Shown here: positions 52,139-64,000 of the stretch, in pieces
Layout: each line of letters begins with the position of its first letter
Position numbering within the stretch: the first letter of the stretch is position 1
DNA from: the human T2T-CHM13v2.0 reference genome, Homo sapiens
NCBI RefSeq assembly: GCF_009914755.1
Contig: NC_060947.1
DNA length: 64,000 nucleotides
Direction: 5' to 3' (one strand)
Notes under the pieces: model-generated
Databases searched by the model: none
Seen by the model: only the letters and a program-made list of their open reading frames with translations
What the model was told of the DNA's origin: nothing
Made by a program: the position numbers and the translations under genes

Positions 52139-52739
52139 TAGAAACAGCCATGTATTTTTGAAAATAGCTCCAAGACATGTTTCTATTTGGCTTTGCCTCT
52201 GGCACAGGTTGCAGCATATCAGTGTAGTACAATACACTGTTATAAGAATCACAGACACTGAGATAAGGAAGGGTCTGCACCACTGGTTCTTCCAACAGCA
52301 TGTGTGTAGAAGGATGCGAGACAGGCAGGCTTTCAGGCACCTGAAGGACATGTCTGTGGTTTGCAGCTTACTGCGTGCCTTTAACAAAGCAGTTCACCTC
52401 TCTAGACTTTGGTTTCTTCATCTTGCAAACAAAGGGATGTGCTAGATGAGTTCTGAAGTTTCTCTGAATTCTGAAATTTGATCATCTGCTCTCATCTCCT
52501 TGTTTAAAAGTTGAGAAAAGAAAGCCTGGGGAAATTAACTGATCTGAATAAGAGGAAATAGCAAATTATTAGCATTACTTGGACTAGAAATCTAGTCTCT
52601 AGATTTGGTCTAGCATTTTTTCTATCATTTCAACCTTTATGTCCTGATTTTTCATGTAAGAACTTATTTTTCTTAAGAACTCCTGATTAAACTAAATTGA
52701 TTTTTTAAAAAAAGAAACATAGATTGAAAGTCACTGAAA

Positions 52740-53008
52740 TTTTTTTTTGAGACTTTTTTTTTTTTTTTTGAGTCTTGCTCTGTCACCCACGCTGGAGTGC
52801 AGTGGCGCAATCTCGGCTCACTGCAACCTCCACCTCCCGAGAGTGGGGCGATTCTTCTGCCTCAGCCTCCTGAGTAGCTGGGATTACAGGTGCCCACCAC
52901 CATACCTGGCTAATTTTTGTATTTTTGGTAGAGACGGGATTTCACCATGTTGGCCAGGCTGGTCTTGAACTCTTGACTTCAAGTGATCCACCAGCCTTGA
53001 CCTCCCAA
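52740..53008 (-). mobile_element. 5'-truncated AluS
   Basis: T tract plus Alu body ending at cctcccaaa. Confidence 0.88.
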
Positions 53009-53635
53009 AACATGAATCTTTTTTTTTTTAATTTGAGCTTTGACTGCATAGAAAATGTCCATCCAGTCTCTGTTTCTAAAACATGAAATTCTTTAACGTT
53101 CTTAAGGCAAACAATTTTTGTAAAACTTTTCACCACTGATGGGGTTGCTCCCCCTTACCACACCAGATTTAAGAGGATAGTGAATATTTATGTCTATAAT
53201 AGCATGTGAAGAATGTGGCTGGTGAAAATAAGTGGAAGAATATACATCTCGGGCTGTTTCTTCAGTTTCCGGGCAGGCTGCAACACTTTTAACACTGCTA
53301 GTGAGAAGAAAGGTGAGAGAGTTAGCTTTCCTCTTGGCTTGGTTGCAGTTAAAGTGGATTCCCGAATCTCCCATTTTCTACATTATAAATATTGAGAGGG
53401 ACATAAATATAGATATATGGATATGTTTGTTTGTTTTTCTCCCTCCTGTACTTAACAAGTGTAAAATCCTGGAATTTTCTTTTTCCTTACTTATCACAAG
53501 TTTTCTTAGTCTCAATCCTTTGTAGTATTTAACCTTTTAGATAGGAGAGGTAAATAAGCCCACACCAGATAAGAGTTACATCACAGTAGCTATAATTAAG
53601 GACCGGCATGGAGACATTTTTAATAATAGACTTGC

Positions 53636-53935
53636 AGCCGGGCGCGGTGGCTCACGCCTGTAATCCTAGCACTTTGGGAGGCCGAGGTGGGTGGATCACG
53701 AGGTCAGGAGATAGAGAGCATCCTGGCTAACACGGTGAAACCTCGTCTCTACTAAAAATACAAAAAAAAAATTAGCCCACCGTGGTGGCGGGTGCCTGTG
53801 GTCCCAACTACTCGGGAAGCTGAGGCAGAAGAACGAACCCGGGAAGTGGAGCTTGCAGTGAGCCGAGATCGTGCCACTGCACTCCAGCCTGGGAGACAGC
53901 GAGTCTCCGTCTCAAAATAATAATAATAATAATGA
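53636..53935 (+). mobile_element. AluY-like with small deletions
   Basis: ctaacacggtgaaa and gagcttgcag diagnostics. TSD aataatagacttgc. Confidence 0.9.
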
Positions 53936-54905
53936 AATAATAGACTTGCTAAATCTGAGGTTAAAGTGAACATTTTTAATAATCAGTCAAGGTTAAAATA
54001 TTTGTTTAATATGGTAGTCAATGAAAAAATGTTCTAAATGAAAACCTGGTACTAAAATTATTATGTCTTCAGGTTGCCTAGAGAAGCTGGTGAGGCACTA
54101 GATATTACACTGTTTCTCCTCTTTGGAATCATATAGTTTTGATTTAATTAACAGAGAAAGTCTGCATATACAATAGGGGATAGAGTGTGGATTTTACTTC
54201 TTTAATGGTTTGACAAGCAGATTGCAACAAACAAGGTATTTGGAAGCCTGCTAGGGTCCCAGAGGCCTTATAAATATGCAGTGCACTTCTCTGCATTTCC
54301 CCGGGTCCCTGAGGTAGAGATTTGATGAATAAAATTAAAACCACCAGATCTTTTTGTATAGCTTTTAGCTATCACTAATTTAAACTGAGTAATGACTATT
54401 TTACAGGTGTACCTTCAGCAGTTTAAAAAGCAAAGGAAGTGAAATGTGAATGTGTTTTGACTTTGTATTAATTTCCTCTTAAACTGAAAGATTTTCTACT
54501 TTTTGCATCATGATACGTTTTCTTTAAACCTAATTTCAAGAGTAAAACTCTTTACGCCCCTGTAGGATTGTTTTATATTTAATAGTGCTATTGAGACTGG
54601 CATGGGACAAAACATGCAGACAAAGAAAGTATTTCTTGAAAAGTGATGTGTATTTATATATAAACACAACGTTGGAATAGCATACTCCATTTGGAACAAG
54701 GTCTTTAGAATTAGATTTTAATAGATTAAAACTCTTCTTATTTACTGTATTTGTAGCTCTTAATGATTGAATAGATCTCTGTGGTTCCTTTTCAAGGATT
54801 TCTTGAAACATACTGAAATTCATGGGTAGATCATTTAAGGCTCCTGCGCCCTTTAATATATTACCTAGAAATGGTAGAATATTTTAGAACACATACAAAG
54901 AAGGA

Positions 54906-55336
<431 letters not shown>

Positions 55337-55725
55337 TTAATAATAAATAGCGTGAATAATATTGGCACTGGGTATACACTTACTGAAAAGGCTGGGCTTT
55401 TCTAATGTTAATCCTGAGGAAGAGGAGAGTCTCTTGCTTAAAAGTCAACACTGGTATGTTGCTTTCAAGAAAAAAAGAAAAAAAAAGCATTGATGAGGGT
55501 ATGAAATTTATTTACTAAGTATTCAGTTGTGAAGTTTGAGGAGTGGAAAAACTAATTTGTCAAATTATACCCTCAGAGTTCAACAGTAAACTAGATGAAG
55601 TCTCCCAGGCTTATAACTAGCAGAAGGCACCTATGTTTTGTCTTTGTGTGCCTATGGCTTCACAGCGGCAACTGAATCTCACCCAGAAGTGCTAAGTTGT
55701 AATTCCCAGTAGCCACTTTTAGTGC

Positions 55726-56051
55726 TTTTTGTTTTGCGTTGTTTTGTTTTGTTTGAGACGGAGTTTCGCACTGTCGCTTGGGCTGGAGTGCAGTGGCGCG
55801 AAATTGGCTCACTGCAACCTCGGCTCACTGCAACCTCCGCCACCCAGGTTCAAGCGATTCTCCTGCCTCAGCCTCCCGAGTAGCTGGGATTACAGGCACC
55901 TGCCACCACGCCCAGCTAATTTTTTGTATTTTTCATAGAGATGGGGTTTTACCATGTTGGCCAGGCTGGTCTCGAACCCCTGACCTCATGATTCGCCTGC
56001 CTTGGCCTCCCAAAGTGCTGGGATTACAGGCATGAGCCACCATGCCTGGCC
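55726..56051 (-). mobile_element. AluS with an internal 16-bp duplication
   Basis: ggctcactgcaacctc occurs twice in tandem. TSD tttagtgc. Confidence 0.9.
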
Positions 56052-57073
56052 TTTAGTGCATTTTTTAAAGAATGTATCCAAATAACAGACAATTGAATTA
56101 AGAAAAGCACATTGTCATCTTTAATCCTTTCCATTTATTTGCCTCTTGATAGATGACCTTTATATTTTTGCTTTTTGACAATTTCTACCTGAGGCATGAT
56201 GTAACTAAAATTTCTAACATGATAGTGGTAGTTCTCTGGATTAATTTATGCTCATGGTTTTGCTTTGTTTCTCCCTTACCAAAATGCTCTTTTCAGTATT
56301 ACACAAGAAAAAGATCATGATTTGCATCATGATGTACATAGCAAATTTCATGTATGATCGTGTTTCCTGTTCCATCACATTTCTGGCATTTTTTTTAACC
56401 CACTGGGACATTAGGATGTCATAACATAATTGGATGTTAGACATAGGTTGAGAAATCAAGGGTAGTGGTAGATGGAGGCTGACAGACACCTTCCAGATCC
56501 ACTTTAGAGGTACTGAGTATTCCTAAACCAGTTATGTAATTTGCATGTGGTCATATAGCTAGTTGGTGGCCAAATCAGGGATACAACATGTATGTGAGTA
56601 TCATTCTATCATCTATCTATCTACTTATTGACAGATAAGAATATACTTGCTTTGTGTAAATGATTACCCTTTGATTTTGTGGTTGTCACAAACACATGAA
56701 ACTATTCATGGATGGACCTACCTGTCTGATGATGGTGGTAGTGATGATGATGATGATGTTATCCTAGGATATAACCACTATTCTTTAACCCTTGAAACTG
56801 AGGTGCATAAGGTACAATAATTCGCCCAAGCTCACATAGATAACAAGTTTGCAGGGCTAGAAATCTTACTGAGTTTCATCTGAAATGCAGACTTTCAGAG
56901 AGAGAGAGAGAGGATGCTTAGTGTGCCATATCTTACGTCTAACAATGGCTAATGAATCTTTAAAGAGAGGACTACTCCCTAGACATGAGCGTGTTAGGAC
57001 TCTGTTCCCATTTCTACACATTTATGCTTATATGAGGGCCATTGATTGGCCAATTTTAGCATTTCTTTGTACT

Positions 57074-57470
<397 letters not shown>

Positions 57471-57770
57471 GAACTGGAGTCTAAGAGGCCCTTGCTTTGC
57501 CAGGTACCTTTTAGCTAACAGGTCACGAGTATGTCTGGGGAGTTCTGGGATGAGGGGCTAGTGCAGCTAGGACAGAAGTTATTTACCAACTTGTATGAAA
57601 ATATTTTTTTAGTATTTTAATAACCAATGCAGCTATCCTAATGTAATCTGACTAAATATTAGCACAGCATCTTGCCCAGCAAGCCAAGACAACAGTGGTT
57701 GTTGTGATGTTCATAAGGACATCTCTTCTTGGTGTTTATGCATGCAATACATGAGAGTTACAAGATTCCT

Positions 57771-58070
<300 letters not shown>

Positions 58071-58700
58071 AAAGAGTTACAAGATTCCCGATAAGTGAAT
58101 GAACATGTTATTGAGTCATGGTGCAAAGGCAAACTATATGCATCAGGCACATTTTTTTCTCTCGCCAGCCTCCCAGGAAGTTCTCAAATTGTGAATATTT
58201 GGAGTTAGAGAGAGAGAGAGAATGCTTAGTGTGCCATATCTTACTTGTGTATCTATCTCTTTTCTAAGCTATGAATACCTAGAAGGCAAGGGCTATAACC
58301 TCATTTCTATCCCAGTCCCCTAGCACAGTATGTGGCACAGAGCACTCAATAGTTATTGAACAAATAAAAGCATTCAACCCCACTGATGAAAAGCCATTCT
58401 ATTTGTAATCTAGAGACATAAATTAAAGATATCAGTTTCCTAATCTTGCAGAAGTCATTAACCTAGCTGCAAGATTACTTCTTTATAAAACAATGAAAAA
58501 CAGTACAGTGTCACCATTACACCAAGTGTGAGGCCAACTGGAAAATGTTTATAACAATCAGATTTGCAATGAAAGAAACCTGGAAGCAAACCCAGTTATT
58601 TGAATGAATTATTCCCCTTCCACCTTTCTTGTATTTTATGCATAATGACATGAACCTTTCAAATTCAGCTTTCTAGAATGCCTGTAAGATTCAGTTATGG

Positions 58701-58850
58701 GGCCGGGCGCGGTGGCTCATGCCTGTAATCCCAGCACTTTGGGAGGCTGAGGCGGGTGGATCATGAGGTCAGGAGTTCAAGACCAGCCTGACCAACATGG
58801 TGAAACCCCGTCTCTACTAAAAATACAAAAAAAAAAAAAAAAAAAAAAAA
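58701..58850 (+). mobile_element. AluS left arm only, with poly-A and full TSD
   Basis: TSD aagattcagttatgg at 58686-58700 and 58849-58863. Confidence 0.9.
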
Positions 58851-59045
58851 GATTCAGTTATGGTCAGGCTGGCAGTCTGTATAATTGTTTCAAATGCTAT
58901 GTTGCATCTTTTTGCAATAGTACATCAATATGTCAGGATGGATACTACAAACTTGGTTATTGCTATAATCCTGAACTTTTAACCTATATGTAGGATGAGC
59001 ATAACCCGTAGACTAGGATCAATACACAATTGTGTCTCCTGTTAC

Positions 59046-59394
<349 letters not shown>

Positions 59395-59445
59395 TGAAAA
59401 TCTAGGCCGTTTCCATGACTTTTCTGCTTGCTTTTAGGTCTCTAA

Positions 59446-59791
<346 letters not shown>

Positions 59792-60555
59792 CAGAAACTA
59801 TTAATAGAATGCTACCCTCTAGCATGCTAGCAATAGTAGCAATCTAAACTCTCGGGTTTTAAGTTAAAAGTAAACTGTTTTCTGCTTCCAAGCTGGGCTG
59901 TTGCAATGCTAGAGGGGGCAAGGTACTTTTCTGCTTTGAGACCCTCCTCTGCAATTCCCTTAATGTGGGTAATATATTTCCTTCAGCTTGCCACTTGCAT
60001 GTTGTCCCAGTCTTCTCAGAGCTCCATGCCACACATATTTTAACAAGGATTCTCTGGCGGAGTACGCCTGAACTCCCAGATGTTCCTCTTGGATAGGACT
60101 GAAATACGGGCACCTCTCACTCCCACGTGGCTCACTTCTAGTCCATGGAAAACACTCATGCAGGTCTTTGCCCTGAAAAACTCTGAGACTACAGAGATCG
60201 AATCCTGTCTGTATACCACTGGCATGGGGCACCTTGGCCTCTTCAGGAATGACCCAGATACCCCTCTTCTGGGTCCCGCAACTTCAAGGAACACATTCCT
60301 TTTCTGAATAGCCTGATCAATGTCCCTTCACTTCGCTCAACTTGAAGAATGTAGCATCTCTGTCCACATACTTGGCAGTGGGGTAAGGAGCAAGATGGAG
60401 CAGGTGTTATCATGGCAACAACTTCTTCCAAAGAATGTCTTTCAAAATCCTCTTTTCCTCCACTACATTTACCCTTTCATATTTGTGAAATGGATGAGCA
60501 AGCTTCCAACAAAGGGAATATGAGAATTATAAAAATGATTTTAAGAATTTTTTGG

Positions 60556-60760
60556 AGCCTGGACAACATGGTGAAACCCCGTCTCTACTAAAAGGACAAA
60601 AATTAGCTGGGTGTGGCCATGCGTGCCTGTAATCCCGGCTATTTATTCTCTGGCATAAAAATCACTTGAACCTGGAGGCAGAGGTTGCAGTGAGCCAAGA
60701 TCATGCCACCGAACTCCAGCCTGGGCAACAGAGTGAAACTCCGTCGGGAAAAAAAAAAAA
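60556..60760 (+). mobile_element. 5'-truncated AluS with a replaced internal segment
   Basis: Starts at agcctggacaacatgg. tttattctctggcataaaa replaces the usual ctcgggaggctgaggcaggag. Confidence 0.85.
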
Positions 60761-60800
60761 ATTTGTTTTGGGGAAAATTCTGCATATGGAAATCTGTCTT

Positions 60801-60863
60801 ATACACACTTTTCTATGTACTGTTTAGCTGATACACGTTTTTCTATCTACTGTTTATCTGATA
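60801..60863. repeat. 30-bp tandem duplication
   Basis: atacacacttttctatgtactgtttagctg / atacacgtttttctatctactgtttatctg, 4 mismatches. Confidence 0.85.
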
Positions 60864-61200
60864 TTGCCAATCACTGAAAAATGCGAAGAGTCAAATTTTA
60901 ATATCTAGTTACACACAGGTATGCTTTTGTTTTGTTTTATACCTGGAATGCTTTATATATCAGTAGGCTATATAAAATTGTCAAAGGCATTTATGTACTT
61001 TGTAGTGATTTTAGGTATGGGTGTTGGGTGCTTTCATTTGTCACCACAAACAAACATATTACCACAGAGTTTAGATGACACAGTATTAGAGTATGGAATC
61101 AAGCTCTTGTCTTTTGAAGTTGATGTTGTGACCTGTGTAAAAAGAAGTTTTAAAAGTCAATTATTTAAAAAAAAAAAAAAAAAGTAAAGAAAAGAAAGAA

Positions 61201-61466
<266 letters not shown>

Positions 61467-61901
61467 TTAAAAGCAAATCTGGATTTTCTGTTTGACTGAA
61501 AGAGTCTAGATACAGGATTTTAGAACGATGGTGATTTTGGAGTATTATCTGTGCAGCAAAGGAGGAAAAACAAAACACATACAAATGAAAAGTGCTTCTA
61601 GATGATGCTGAGGGCTTGGCTGAGGTTGGTGAGTATAAATTAGTATTGTTGCTACTTTATAATTCTGTGATTTCCTTCAGTATCCTGCAGTCACCCTAGT
61701 ATAACAGCAGAGATAGTACTTGAAGTATTTGGTCCAGAGTTAGAGCTTTACTTGGCAGACGTGGAAGCAGTAAGGTTAAAGGAAATTGACAGGGCTAGTA
61801 ATTATATAATTTAAATGATGAACTGTGGGGCCATGCTAAATTGTGAAGGAAGGGAGGCCAGGAATCAACTAATAGATGGCTTAAATGAAAAGATTTCTGC
61901 A

Positions 61902-62209
<308 letters not shown>

Positions 62210-62954
62210 CTAAGAGCACTTTCTCATAACCTTGGAAAGCCAGCCAATTAGAACTGGTTAAGCTCCTCATTTGTCCTCCTTGATTACCTAGCTCCCTCAT
62301 GAACTTAACGTGTCATATATTTCAAGTGCCCCATTTTAAATTTTATTGTGAGCAACATTCCTTCTCTTGTAACAACTTTATTTTCTTAGTTAACTAATGT
62401 TTTAATATTGATGAATTCTTCCCGTGTATTTTCTAAACTCACCAATTTGTTTTTGTCCAGGGTGTTGCTGCTTCTATGGTTATTTTGAAGGTGCTTTTTG
62501 CTCAAATGAGTTATGGACTCTATCAACCAAATACGGGATTTTTGAGACAGAAATCTGACATTCAGCAAGGGTACAGAAATCTTGCTCTCTAAATTGATGT
62601 TAAAACATAACATGTCCATAATTAATGTATTATAACATTTGTCTATAATCTTCCCAGGTGTTGAAATGGTAGTTTCATACTGCTTGCCTTTCAACATATA
62701 TGGACATTGTTTAATCCATTCAGAAATTCAGAAATATTCAAGATAAATCACAAATACAAAACATGCTGTAATGCCACTAATCTTTTCTATTAGATTTGCT
62801 TTAAATGGTGTCATGTTTATGTCTTCATTTACATTGTCCATTTAATAGGCTTCCCCAGCAGTCCTGCTCTGGTAATTAGCTGGCTTATTTATACCTCAAC
62901 ACCTTGAGCTGCTACATCTCATTTAACTTACTGCTCTTTAAAGTTCTTGTATCT

Positions 62955-63080
62955 CAGTGGTTCTCAACCCTCAATACACATTAGAATCATCTGGGGAACT
63001 TTTAAAAAATACTGATGCCTGGACACCATCCCAGATCAATTAAATCAGAATCTGAAAGTTGTAGCTCTGAGAACCATGGG
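62955..63080 (+). mobile_element. MER5-family hAT-Charlie MITE
   Basis: cagtggttctcaacc...attagaatcatctggggaacttttaaaaaatactgatgcctgg ... tgagaacca, with terminal inverted match. Confidence 0.7.
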
Positions 63081-63155
63081 TTCCTAACCTTTGACCAATG
63101 CCACTGCAAACACTGTGCTTAAGGTGAGGTTGAAGCAGTAAAAACAACAATCCAA

Positions 63156-63465
<310 letters not shown>

Positions 63466-63888
63466 TGACCTCATCCCTTCCACTCTTATTTTCCTTCCCT
63501 TGGCAGTAATTTAAATATATATATATATATATATATAATTAGATATCATCACATTCATGGGTTATCAAAACTTAGTATTTCTCCACCAACCCTAAAATGC
63601 CATTGGAAAATGCAATAGAATTCTGGAAGTAAGATTGTATTTGAAAATTATAAAAGAGATCCATTTGCTTTGCTTTCATTTTATTGTAATGCAAAGAGAA
63701 ACAGAGCAAGGAGACTATCAGCAAAGACAAAGGAGATTGAAAGAGCATAAGACATTTAGGAAGCTAAAGGTTGTTTAGCATAATTGAGCCTTAGAATAGT
63801 TTCCAAGGGAACAGGGCGGGCAAAGCTGGAGAGGTAAGCATGATCCACATTCTGAGGGACTTTGGATCTCATTTCAAGGGGTTTCATC

Positions 63889-64000
63889 ATGACTGGTTAC
63901 ATAACTTGTGTGGCCACAAAAAGTATGTAGCCAGTACAATATGAAAATGTGGGGCCCTTGTTAAAAATCATTGAGAATTTCAAGATGTCAGCATAAGAGT
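63889..64000 (-). mobile_element. MER91-like MITE, partial (runs off the window)
   Basis: tgaaaatgtggggcccttgttaaaaatcattgagaatttcaagatg is homologous to the 16119-16611 element. Confidence 0.6.

Noticed and set aside
59859-60523. Overlapping 60-90-aa ORFs as a processed pseudogene
   Set aside because: No frame resembles a protein I recognise, and there is no poly-A or TSD. Kept only as an unexplained segment.

Overview
Hominid (human-like) genomic DNA, almost entirely intronic. The only convincing coding sequence is one 125-bp internal exon on the + strand (21122-21246). It encodes (V)SAQILKSNLASMEQQIVHLERDIKKFPQAENQHDKFVEKMT, which I recognise as part of the FH2 domain of the X-linked formin DIAPH2. 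The exon has a normal U2-type AG acceptor but a minor-spliceosome (U12-type, AT-AC class) donor, ACC|ATATCCTTT. The intron it opens runs more than 42.7 kb, past the window end. About 256 nt into that intron is a consensus U2/U1 donor (AAG|GTAAGT), followed by AATAAA signals, which may form a minor-splicing fail-safe or switch. The rest is roughly 54 Alu copies (about a quarter of the window), a full-length antisense SVA with TSD, MER39- and MER31-type solo LTRs, hAT MITEs, L2/MIR relics, a single L1MC fragment and microsatellites. There are also several templated-insertion scars: a 109-bp AT-rich palindrome, a snap-back minisatellite inside an Alu, and a 38-40-bp dispersed copy. Almost all ORF-track entries are Alu/SVA artefacts. 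No CRISPR array, RNA gene or clearly novel gene system is supported. Repeat subfamily names come from recognition of consensus sequences rather than a RepeatMasker run, and the boundaries of old repeats are approximate.
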